A stretch of DNA of 63,925 bases, the filler included, from Atractiella rhizophila (taxonomy: Eukaryota): assembly GCA_021432655.1 (NCBI GenBank). It is 3 parts of 3 records of this genome, joined end to end, with 100 filler letters (N's around TTAATTAATTAA, not from the genome) between each part and the next. Parts side by side here need not be neighbours in the genome. Positions count along the whole stretch, not along the records: positions 1 to 31,123 come from MU271641.1; 2 more parts are not named here. One strand, written 5' to 3'. The notes under the pieces are model-generated. The model searched no databases. It was not told the DNA's origin and was given only the letters and a program-made list of their open reading frames with translations. Shown here piece after piece: positions 11,515 through 22,055 of the stretch (position 1 is its first letter; every line of letters starts with the position of its first letter). The translations under genes were made by a program, and so were the position numbers.

Positions 11515-13905
11515 TTGTCTTCACAGTTCGAAGGATCAATCGCTGGAGGTTTGCGAGGAGAGGTTGGCGCTGTCAATGCTTTGGAAGAGAGCCAAGGGCA
11601 ATCGTCGGAGGAGGAGGGCGGTGCGACTTCTTCCCCTGCGTCATCATCTGAAGAGGATGCTACGAGTAACGAAGATCCCACTCCAACAGTCACCAGCTCG
11701 GACGAGGGCTCACGTACTTCTTCCTCCCCTTCCGATGACAATCCCACGTCTACTACTTCGAAGGTGGAAGAGACGACTACTTCTTCGCCAGACGAATCTC
11801 CTACTTCTTCATCGGACGACACGACGACAACTACAAAGTCTACCACCACTCTGCCTGCGGATGATACTACGACAACTTCTGCGCCGGCTGAAGAAACCAC
11901 GACCTCTTCATCTCAGGATCCAGGTGATGGTACTACGTCTCCACCTGAGGAAACCACAACGTCTCCACCAGCCGAGGGCACGACAACGTCTCCACCGCCA
12001 GACCAGACGACGACCTCTCCACCTCCAGACGAGACTCAGGATCCCACTGATACGACCACGTCTCAGCCTCCTGATGATGGTACCACTTCTCCACCTCCTG
12101 ACGAGACCACTACCTCGCCACCTCCAGACGAGACCACCACGCCACCTCCAGACGAAACCACAACTCCACCTCAAGACGAAACTACAACTCCACCACCGGA
12201 TGAAACCACAACTCCACCACCGGATGAAACGACGACCGCTCCTCCCGAACAGACGACATCCCCACCAGGCGATACTACAACTCCACCTGCGGATGACACA
12301 ACGTCTCCACCTCCGGATGAAACGACGACTCCACCTCCCGATGGAACGACGACAGCTCCACCTCCTGACGGAACGTCCGTGACTCCACCTCCTGATGGAA
12401 CGTCCACAACTCCACCTCCGGATGAAACGACAACTCCGCCTCCTGAAGGAACGACGACATCTATCCCTCCGGAAGGAACTACCACGTCTGATCCACCGGA
12501 CGGCTCGACTACTCTGCCAACAGGTGCGACCACGGTGCCTCCTTCGGATCCATCGACCTCACTTTCTGGCAGCGGGACCGTCTCTAGCTCCCCATCAGCG
12601 CCGACGACGGTTGGGACTACTTCTGGTTCTGTCAGCGAGTCCGGCATCGTCTCAGGCACCCAGAGCATTGACCCGTCATCATCTCTTCCTTCGCTCCCAA
12701 GTTCGATCAATGGTACCACTTCTCCTGCTTCCTCGTCCGGAACTGTGGACCTTCCAACCGCGACTGTCATTACCGGCCCCACGCTCATTTCAGTCCCTTC
12801 AGGTGTGATCAATACGCTAACGATATCTCGCGTGATAACCGTTGAAGTGACCGGGTCCGCCAATCCAGAGGAAGTGGATTCGCTTTCTCCGTCGGGAGAA
12901 CCCACCTCGCTCCCTCTCGTCGATCCCTCACTCTCACTCTCCCTCAGCCTCACCACCGAACTCACTGTCTTGCCCACTGGAATAGAGACCGAATCTTCAG
13001 GCATGAGCACTTTCGCTCCCTTCCCCACGGGAGGACTTCCAGGGAGCTACCAAGCTGCAATCAGCAAGGGAGGCATCATAGCTGGAATAGTCGTCGGAAC
13101 TTTAGGTGCAGCCTTGATCGTGTTCCTCGTCGTTTTCTTCGTCATAAAGCGAAGGAAAGCTCCACCAAGAACACAGAGAGGGGAGTTGGACATCTCGGAT
13201 TCTCCGCCTCCTGAGACTCCGAATCCTGAAATGGCGGAAAGGGACAGGGATGGGTTTTTGACTTTCGAACAGCTTAGCAGGATGAACTTGGGGTCCTTGA
13301 TGGATGCTAGGACGCCGTCTTCGTCACGACCACTAAGCGCTCTCAGTGTGGTCATGTCGGACAACTCGTCTACTGATTCTTTGGAGACCGCCGTGAGTGG
13401 AACTCGAGAATCGGTACTCGGAAGCACGACTCCTTCCAGGAGACAGTCCCATTCCGAAGACCCTTACATACGCCGTCGTTCCCAAGTTCTCACAGTTCGA
13501 AACCCCGATCCGGATCCTCCAACCAGTTCCCAAAATGCTTCATTGACCAGCCTCCAAAGCTTAATCAAGAACAAGACCTCCCTTCCTCCTCTTCCTCCGT
13601 CCTCTCCTCCTTCTCCTGGAACCGCTTCTCCAGCAAGACGCGACTCACCGTTGCCGAAGCGACCACAGTTGGCGGCTATTAGAGAGATGCAGTCTTACCA
13701 ATCCGACGCGTCCTCAGCCGCTATTCCTTCTCCAGGTGCAGGAGCTGAAGACACGATTGCGCTCTTAAATGCCTCTCCCGTCCAATCGGAGGAGACACCA
13801 TACCTCAATTCGTCGCCAGACTCGGTGCAGTATGTTGGATTTGGAGATGAGTATTTTGCTAGGAATGAAGAGAACCAGTCAAAAGGTAATGTGGTCGATT
13901 CGTGA
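11515..13905 (+). CDS. mucin-like type I membrane protein (Msb2/Mid2-like architecture); true start probably upstream
   Basis: 796-aa ORF with Thr/Pro/Ser/Asp-rich ectodomain, TM helix GGIIAGIVVGTLGAALIVFLVVFFVI followed by KRRK, and a long Ser/Pro-rich tail. Confidence 0.8.
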   Translation: MSSQFEGSIAGGLRGEVGAVNALEESQGQSSEEEGGATSSPASSSEEDATSNEDPTPTVTSSDEGSRTSSSPSDDNPTSTTSKVEETTTSSPDESPTSSSDDTTTTTKSTTTLPADDTTTTSAPAEETTTSSSQDPGDGTTSPPEETTTSPPAEGTTTSPPPDQTTTSPPPDETQDPTDTTTSQPPDDGTTSPPPDETTTSPPPDETTTPPPDETTTPPQDETTTPPPDETTTPPPDETTTAPPEQTTSPPGDTTTPPADDTTSPPPDETTTPPPDGTTTAPPPDGTSVTPPPDGTSTTPPPDETTTPPPEGTTTSIPPEGTTTSDPPDGSTTLPTGATTVPPSDPSTSLSGSGTVSSSPSAPTTVGTTSGSVSESGIVSGTQSIDPSSSLPSLPSSINGTTSPASSSGTVDLPTATVITGPTLISVPSGVINTLTISRVITVEVTGSANPEEVDSLSPSGEPTSLPLVDPSLSLSLSLTTELTVLPTGIETESSGMSTFAPFPTGGLPGSYQAAISKGGIIAGIVVGTLGAALIVFLVVFFVIKRRKAPPRTQRGELDISDSPPPETPNPEMAERDRDGFLTFEQLSRMNLGSLMDARTPSSSRPLSALSVVMSDNSSTDSLETAVSGTRESVLGSTTPSRRQSHSEDPYIRRRSQVLTVRNPDPDPPTSSQNASLTSLQSLIKNKTSLPPLPPSSPPSPGTASPARRDSPLPKRPQLAAIREMQSYQSDASSAAIPSPGAGAEDTIALLNASPVQSEETPYLNSSPDSVQYVGFGDEYFARNEENQSKGNVVDS
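11920..12510 (+). repeat. coding tandem repeat, (D/E)(E/G)TTTPPP-type units of 24-27 bp
   Basis: Roughly 20 imperfect PPPDETTT units in the translation. Confidence 0.9.
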
Positions 13906-14318
13906 TTTTTGACTTTTTTCAGTGTATAGTTGTTTTGGCATTCACGTTTATTCTTTGCTTTCATTACATCTGTGAACAGTTGATGGCTCTATCATTCGTA
14001 TGGACTGCTGTAAATATTTCAAGGACTAATATTATTGCTCAGGCGGTAACACATTTTAGCATGCCAAAGTAGGCCGTCCATGGAGCACTATGTGAAAAGA
14101 CCCACCCCAGTGAGCGTCGTATTTACAAATAAGAGTTTACAAATAAGAGGGTCTCTACCTTCCCGTGTTCCTCTTGACGACAAATCACACTGAGGTCAGT
14201 ATGGAGCCGAGATGTTGAACAATGTGACACCATGTTAACAAGAGTGGCTCGTATTAAGATCCATTAGCGACGTGCGATAAATTATTCCAGGTGTGCAATA
14301 TCTATACTTTCTTAAGCA
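13751..14318 (+). repeat. direct repeat A1, left copy (mucin 3' end plus intergenic region); partner at 16290-16841
   Basis: gctcttaaatgcctctcccgtcca...tctatacttt aligns colinearly with 16290-16841. Confidence 0.95.
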
Positions 14319-16289
14319 AATGTTGAACCAAACCGTTCCATTCGGTTGGTTTGCGGACGAGCGTCACGTTGAAATAATCTACTTTCGTCGCATTTGTGAG
14401 ATGCTCGGTTGGCTCTGCTCTAGATGGTGAACGACCATTACAGCAGGAGAGGAGGAAGTGGACTATGTAAATATGGAATCGGGGCGAAGTGGGGGAAAGC
14501 ACGAAGACAACGGTGGGCGGTGCGGTGAGTGCCACGCTCCCACTCTCAAAGCATTCTATGCATTGCTGTTCTTCTTCAGCAGCATACACAACACATCTAT
14601 GTTTTTTACAACTTACAACTGTCCTCTGAGCCAATATGTCTCAGCATGACCGTTACAACCAGCAATAATTGTGCGGCGCGTAAATTGAAAACAATGTTGA
14701 AGGTTGGGGACATGGAGAAGCTTATTTGACTTCGTTCCCTTCATTACACAGTTTAGCGCCAGCTGGAGTTTTACTCAGAGCCTCAGGCATTGTTTGCGGA
14801 AACAACTTTGCACTTTGCAATAGCACATTGTTTGAAGAGTATGTCTATCTTAATGTTCCGACTACTGGATTTCACTTTTTATGTGCAGTGTTCTCCCAAT
14901 CTTTGTAAAGTTTCCACATAGCAACTTCCGACTGCTTCATGTTTGCCATGTGCTTCTTCGCCCAAGGGGTTTCAAGTACAGCCTTCCATTGTTCAGATTC
15001 GACCACTTCCGGACCAAGTTGATCGTATTCTAAACATTTGCTTTAACCAAGTGATTGCTCAAGGTGGAGATCACGCACCATAAAGGGCCAGAAACTGTGG
15101 CGCTTTGCCCACTTCATCTTCTTTCCCGGATTGGTGAAGCTTAGAGTCAGTAACTTTGAACCTCATGCCACGTCTAAATGTTTCAAACTGTCACCATCGC
15201 AAATGGCAGTAAGCGAAAAGAAGCCAACCTAAAGTGAGGGATTTTAGAAATCATCGATAGATGTTCTTCCCTATACCACTTCTCTAGATCCTCTTCTCCT
15301 CCTCCCGGCGTTAGACCGACCGATACGAGAAAAGGTGGAGCGCCTTTTGTCTCGCGGACACTTCCGGTGTCTTGCAGCTTCTGGCCCCCTCTCCTGATAT
15401 CAACTATCGTATACTTCTTCATAAGCTCTCTTTCGCGCTGGGAAGCGGAAGTGAGGACTGAAAGCAGTCTCGGATCTTCAAAGAAGGAGACGCTGGAGAT
15501 CTCGTAGACGATCAGCCACTGGGCTGGAGGGTCAGACCCCAGCGAATGGAAGAGGGTGCAGGTGAGAAATTCGGGCAGGTTACTATTTTGCATTGGTCGA
15601 GGAAGCTGGAAGGAAGAGGAAGACAAACTTGTCCATTCTCTTGGGTACGTGCTCATTAGCAAACCAATCTGCAAAGAAGTGTCAACGTTAATCGGCTGCG
15701 TTTCACAAGACCATACCGTGAAATTCTTCTGGTTTTACTTGGTCACTAGGCTCACAGAGCACGTAAATGAGGCCGCCTTCCATGCTTGCTTCTCTCTTTC
15801 CTCCTCTTGATTTGAGAAATTTCTGTCTGCACCACAGTGGGCTTTACAGAGGTATATATACCTGTGAGTGACGACGGGAGGCAATGTTATGTCACCGCTG
15901 CTACCGCTCCTCTCCTTCCTCCATTCTCTATGAACACTTCGCTGCCGTCTTCGGGCGCGTCTTTAATTTTTACTATCCTTGGAGTTAGTAATATGTTTTA
16001 GGGAGATGCTGTTAGTTGTCCATGTCTAAGGAAATCCTATCATGCGCTGTCACCACAGCGACATCGTTCTTGTTGCCAAGTGCGGAGGGAGAGCTTGTAG
16101 TCATCAGATGGCAGTGGCTGCCATTCTGCATTCAGACAGGAGAACATGGAAGGAAGAGTTGCATACCTGCTGTGTTGAAGAACCGTGACCAAGAACGGTT
16201 ACTCAGGTTGACAACGGTGTTACTTTCTCAGTACATTCTCCCTCATCCGAAGATAGACCTGTAAATACGCAAACGCATTATCACCATTC
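14319..16289 (-). repeat. inverted duplicate of 21516-23367
   Basis: Reverse complement matches along its length, e.g. 14872-15783 vs 22056-22967 and 16152-16289 vs the kinase 3' end. Confidence 0.95.
14872..15783 (-). CDS. EthD-like dimeric alpha/beta-barrel protein, duplicate copy
   Basis: MEGGLIYVLCEPSDQVKPEEFHDWFANEHVP...EEDLEKWYREEHLSMISKIPHF; same intron positions as the 22056 copy; appears intact. Confidence 0.75.
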
Positions 16290-16841
16290 ACACCATTGTG
16301 CTCTTAAATGCCTCTCCCGTCCAGTCGGAGGAGACACCACACCTCAATTCGTCGCCAGACTCGTTGCAGTATGTTGGATTTGGAGGTGAGTATTTTACTG
16401 AGAAATGAAGAGAACCAGTCAAAAGGTAATGTGGTCGATTCGTGTTTTTTGACTTTTTTCAGTGTATAGTTGTTTTGGTATTCACGCTTTTTCTTTGCTT
16501 TCATTACATCTGTGAACAGTTGACGCTTCTATCATTCGTATGGACCGCCGTAAATATTTCAAGAACTAATATCATCACGTTATTGCTCAAGTGGTAGCAT
16601 ATATTTTGGATGGAACGGGCCAAAGAAGGCAACCCGTGGAGCCAGGAGCTAGACGCACCAGCATCATATTTACCAATAAGAGGGTCTCTGCTTCCGGTGT
16701 TCCTCTTAATGACAGATCCAACACTGAGATCAGTACGCAGCCAAAATGTTGGACAATATGGCATCAAGTTAACAAGAGTAAGATCCATTAGCGATGTGCG
16801 ATAAATTATTCCAGGTATGAAGTATCTATACTTTTTTAGCA
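16290..16841 (+). repeat. direct repeat A1, right copy (decayed mucin C-terminus plus mL44 3' region)
   Basis: Matches 13751-14318; the mucin-derived part has an indel and its TGA reads TGT. Confidence 0.95.
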
Positions 16842-19635
16842 CTGAAAGCGACCACATCCGAATCTCCAATCGTCGGAGGCTTATACGGCTTCTCGTTACC
16901 CTCAATCATCGTATCAGAATACCTGCTCATGCCGTCCGCCCATTCGTGGTATTTGCCCTTCTCTGGCGCTTCAGCTTTGCTCGGAGTGAGATATATGCGT
17001 AGAAGTGCGTCCTCGAATGCTCGTCTGGTAGCCATCTTGAGCGAGGATCCGACTCCTTCTCCAATCCTTAACGTTCCTGAGTACACACCGATCAAGAATG
17101 TAGGTGATCTAGAAAGTCGTCCAGTTTCTTTCATGAGCCTATTCACCGCAACGTTAGAACCTTCATAAGACAGAAGAGATACACGTACCGAGGAAGAGGT
17201 GGCGCTCTTCCGTATTTAGTCAGGGTATGAGTCAAGACCTCACGTGGATTATCGAACTTGAGAAAAGGGGCGGGATCTATTTTTCTCGAAAAGAAATTGT
17301 CTCTAAGGAACTTCCGAGTTCCCTCAATACCCTACAAGTACGCGCGGTCAAACAGCAGCCTAAATTGTGAGGGACAACGTACTTGTTCTTGCCAGATCGC
17401 GCCGACAAGAGCCTTCACGACGCCAGTCGTCTCTTCGATGTAACCATTAGGTCGAGGCGGGTCGACGCGGAACTGAATGGGTCGCAATCTGCTGTGAGGG
17501 ATGAGACCGCGGATGCGATGGTTGAGTCGAGCTTTCGGTAGGGGTATTCGTCGCTTTCTCCTCTTCGACGCGGCGTTCACAGAGCGCGATTTCGACTTGA
17601 TGTTTGAAGAAGGCTCGATTGGCTTTTCGAATAGTCCTGAAGGTGCGTGATTCTGAGCAGGAGCAGCAGCAGCGGGGGAAGTAGGCTCGCTGGATGGAGA
17701 GGTCGAGGTTGAGTATAACCGCCGGGCATTAAGAATTAGGGATGATTCTGAAGGGGAGGTCGTCACTGAGTAAGCGCGTTTTTGCTGAATGATTGGAGTA
17801 GGAACGGGTAAAGCCTTGTGAGAGACGGATGGAGAACTAGAGCCCTGCACCGTCCTCAACCGACTATCCACCTCTCCTTCCTGTGGAGACACAAACGGGT
17901 TCCCAGCCTCAATAAGCTGTTGTCTCGAAACGTTCTCCGTCGCTTTCTCCTTCTCACGCAGACCAGGAGGCAACGGAACGTCCCTTATGGCGAGATTGGT
18001 AGGCAACTCCTCCGGTCTTCTGACCAGATTCCAACGCATCAAGCCCATGGATCCGTGCACGACGTTCATCCTGAGCCATTTGAGTCTCGAGCGCCTCGAG
18101 TGAGACTTCTCCCACAACCTCATCCCCTTCGTCTGCTTGAACATCGCTCGAACCTTCGGTCCTCTTGCATCCCACTTGATGTCTTCCCTCGTAGACGACA
18201 TTCCGACCTCGAGCGCCACGATGGGATATCCTCAGGTTTTCTAACGTCGATTTCTCGTTGAAGAGTCCTAGTGAGGGATCGAGAAGGTGGACGAGGGTCG
18301 GAGACGGTGCTACGCCTAGGGAAGCGGCCAAGCTGACCAAGGCGGCGTCTGAGAAGATGTAGTCCAACAGCAACTCTTTCGTCCTGTATATCAGCTTGGT
18401 TAGTCATTGCCCGTTTCATTCATTCAACGCCGAAAAGGCATTCGAAGATAAAGAAGTTCCTCCAATCAGCGGGGGACTATGAATTCATACATAAATCCTT
18501 GGGAGCTCATCCCTCTGACTACCTCCTATCACACACAACATCCCCCTTGCACATGGACCACTTGAAGCCTAACAAAGTCTACTCTGTCTCTACAATGCCG
18601 ATTTGAAGGCTTCCAACTCGAGCTCCTTCGACATAGGCCTATAGTGTTTCTTCCTACCAGCATAGCAGGTCGCATGATTTTGTACCAAGTTACAGTTATC
18701 AAGTGGTAGTCTTTGTCAGCCGTGAAAGTCAAGAAATACACGATGTCCTCCTTAAATTAATCTTTTCCAATATTTTACGCGTGACCATCTGCTTCTCCAC
18801 AATTATCAAGAAAACGTATGTGCGTATGCAGCGGGTGTGTGTGAGAAACAGAAAGTCCCCGTGTTCATGAAGAAATCGCTGGACGAATTTTTTTGGGAAG
18901 TCACGTCCTCAAGACTTGTATATAATACATACAGTGCGGCGCTCCTCCCTTTCCTCCTCAAATTCGCGACGTGCTTCTCTCCCACCTCTTATTTGAGAGT
19001 TCAGTGAATGCCGTTCGTCAGGAGAGCAAATTAACCCAACGAAACGCAAAATTCTCACAATCAAGCAAACTTCGCCGTATTGAAGAGCACTGAAAGCCTC
19101 TCAATCTTACACGGGAAAGGAAATGAAAGGAAGGACAAAGTTCCACACCTCACACGACAACCCAGCAAGAGGAAAAGGTGACACACCTAACAGGCAACCA
19201 AGGCCACCTCGCCTGAATCTCTTCCGCACCTAACAACCTCATAACGCTCTCACCCTTAGCCTTCAACTCCGTATTGTCCTTCCTGCTCTCATCCAAAAAA
19301 TGGGTCCACTCCCCCTTCCCGTCCTTTCCTCTATTCTGCTGACTCCGACTCTCCCTCTCCGCCAGATCGCCCTTCACTCCGCTCTCCGCGTCGAGGTAGC
19401 TCCCCTTGAGCAACGGTGGTCGGCCGTTGAGCGCTATGGCGAGGGAGTGCGAGAGGGAGTGCCAGAAGGACGGGGCTGTGAGCGCGGTTTCGAGGACGGG
19501 GAGGGGGAGTGGTTTGGCGGGTGTGAGACGGGCGGAGAGGGAGGAGAGGGCGGTGAGCGGGGGGCGGAGGAGGTAGAGCGCGGTGGGGGAGAGCGGAAGG
19601 GGCGGAGTGGAGGTGAGGATGCTCTTGGTCGCCAT
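16826..19635 (-). CDS. MRPL3: mitochondrial large-subunit ribosomal protein mL44 (RNase III-like plus dsRBD)
   Basis: LSSLSARL, ARWPWLPVR, VKALVGAIWQEQG, FFSRKID...KFDNP, RLMKETGRLSRSPTFLIGVYSG...GEGVGSSLKMA; 803-bp intron 19186-18384; one unresolved frame change near 17954-18230. Confidence 0.85.
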
Positions 19636-19979
19636 TCGGTGGCGCTTTAGTTACGCTTCAGAGTGGCTAAGTGAGAGTGGCTGAAGCACAAAGCACGACG
19701 TTGAAGACGTTGAGGTGAAGTTGGTTGGAGAAGTCGTGGAAGAAAAAAACACGCGGGAAGTGCTGCCGAAAGTGGAAGTGCCTACCTTCCGAATCTTAGT
19801 TACAGGTTGCTGCGAGAGGACATTGTTTCATTTCATTGTGTTGGAGTTGAATATCCATCATGCAACACAGTCTTCATGCTGCGCGTTCTTTACGCATAGG
19901 ATTATTGATCTGCAGTACCGGCACTTATTGACCCCTTGGTAGTCCAAACAACACATCGTTTGGCAGGTTTAAGAAAGCA

Positions 19980-21654
19980 TTGTCTCCCTCGCTTGGTTGC
20001 CACGTGCGTAGTTCGTATGCCTCGACTGTCTTGCGCCAGATTCCCATCAACTTGCCTCCTTTTGCCTCCTTTCGCATCGACATTTATCCAACACGTCAAG
20101 TCCTTCAAACATCTCACGCTTGCGGGATCGAGACGTGTACTTCCTCAGCGACCTCAGTGAATCTATCTCCAAATACGGACCTGGAGGCTTTCATCCAGTC
20201 CATATCGGAGAGACTTATTGTGAAGAGAGGTATAAAATTTTGCATAAGCTTGGCCAGGGTGGACTGTCCACGGTTTGGCTGGCCAGAGACAAGCAATCCC
20301 CATCGCATCTGTATGCAATTCTTCACTTTGAAGAGTCCTTGTGCACAATTGACCGCAGAACAAAGGCAATACGTCGCCTTAAAGTTCTACAGCGCCATCA
20401 TACCAGAAAGCAGACTACAAATCGAGTTTGATATCTACAACCGTCTTGTGGCCAATGGTGAAACGTCACTTGCAGGGAGAAGTCATTTCCTCGAGCTGCT
20501 CGGATAAGTTTACCATTGACGGCCCAAACGGGAAGCATCAGGTTACAGTTAGCCCTGTCGCTGGATCCCATATTGCCGATCAGGGTCCAAACGGACCCCT
20601 TGTATGCCATCGATGTCGTCGAAGCACTCGATTACCTCCACAGTAGGAGTATCGCTCACGGTGGTGAGTCAATGTCAAAATATCCTTTCAAAATATTGCA
20701 TTCTCAACAAACGATCCAGATCTGCATGCTGGAAATCTGCTGACGAACGTACCGGGAGGTCTGGCAGGCTTAGCTGAGACCGATTTGGTTCAGAAGTTCA
20801 AGTACACTAATCTTGGGCCGATCCTGTTGAGAGAAGGTGTTTCATTCAACATGGACTCTTTGCCTCGATATCTCGTCAATCCTGTGAATTTGTCCATTCA
20901 CGTTCCGCCTACTTCTCTCTTGCTCGTAGACTTTGGTAGTTGTGAGTGGTCGTTACCTCGAAATTCACCATTTAGAGTGACGTCTACCCAGCTTTTCTTT
21001 TCGACCAAAGGCGAGATCACCTTGGGACCCCTTTGGGCTATATGGCCCCAGAATATCTCTTCTACAAGCGATCGCAGGGCAAAGTGGACGCTGATTGGGA
21101 TTGGCGAACCGATATCTGGTCCCTTGGATGCGCGGTACGCGCTTCCAGAAGCTTGCAGGGGCGGACACTGACAGTCGTTGCAGCTTTATTACATCGTTAC
21201 GGGCCAACCGCTCTTTACACTTGATTTCAACTTAGAAAGAGCCCTCATTGACGACTGGCAAATGACCGTAGGCCCATTACCCGAAAGATGGCAACCTTAT
21301 GTTGATCCTCCGGATCCAAAACATCCAATATCTATTGCAGACGAGACGTACTTTGTCGAGGATATGGCGGAGGAACTTGCGGGGGATGCAAGTATCCCGG
21401 AGCCTCGAAAATTCGCTGATTTGTTGAGCGAGCTCCTGGTTTTTGAGCCGAGGGAGAGGATTTCGACCAAGGAGATATTGAATCACGAGTGGATTACTGA
21501 AATTAGGAACAGAAGGAATGGCGATAGTGCGTTTGCGTATTTACAGGTCGTATCTTCGGATGAGGGAGAATGTACTGAGAAAGTAACATCCTTGTCAACC
21601 TTTGTAACAGTTCTTGGTCACGGTTCTTCAACAAGGCAGGTATGCAACTCTTAA
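19980..21654 (+). pseudogene. SRPK/CMGC-like protein kinase with frame breaks (pseudogene or assembly indels)
   Basis: YGPGGFHPVHIG, LGQGGLSTVWLARD, YVALK, FTIDGPNG, LHSRSIAHGDLHAGNLL, DFG, YMAPE, DIWSLG; +1 frame changes near 20502 and 20590 without introns. Confidence 0.75.
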
Positions 21655-22055
21655 TCGTCCCTGTAGCTTGCATATTCTTCTGCTCGAATGCAGAATGGCA
21701 GCCACTGCAATCTGATGGCCGCAAGCTCTCCCTCCGCACTTGGCAACCAGAACGATGATGTCGCTGTGGTGACAGTGCATGATAGGATTTCCTGAGACAT
21801 GGACAACTAACGGCATCTCCCTATGTCATATTACTAACTCCAAGGATAGTAGGAATTAAATCCGTGCCCGACAACGGCAGCGAAGTGTTCGTCGACAACG
21901 GAGGAATGAGAGCGACAACGGAGGAAGGAGAGGAGCGGTATCAGCGGTGAGATAACATTGCCTCCAGTCCTCACTCACAGGTATATATAACTCTGTAAGG
22001 CTTGTGGTGGTGCAGACAGAAATTTCGCAATCTAGACAGAAAGAGAAAAGCAAGC

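Noticed and set aside
11920..12510. CRISPR-like periodic repeats
   Set aside because: In-frame coding tandem repeats without unique spacers, in a eukaryotic context.
11469..13028. Long alternative-frame and antisense ORFs over the mucin repeat
   Set aside because: By-products of stop-poor repetitive Thr/Pro codons.
14122..14149. 14-bp tandem duplication tttacaaataagag x2
   Set aside because: Ordinary slippage within repeat copy A1; informative only as post-duplication divergence.
13751..16841. A1 and A2 direct repeats as LTRs of a retroelement or TRIM
   Set aside because: The repeats are host gene 3' ends, differ between the two loci, and show no TG...CA ends, PBS/PPT or gag/pol.
18849..18865. 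GAAAGTCCCCG resembling RNase MRP CR-I
   Set aside because: No matching downstream CR-V (GGGGCT) partner found on the same strand.
19030..19042. TTAACCCAAC as a telomerase RNA template
   Set aside because: Does not give the ~1.5 copies of CCCTAA needed, and no other TER features are recognisable.
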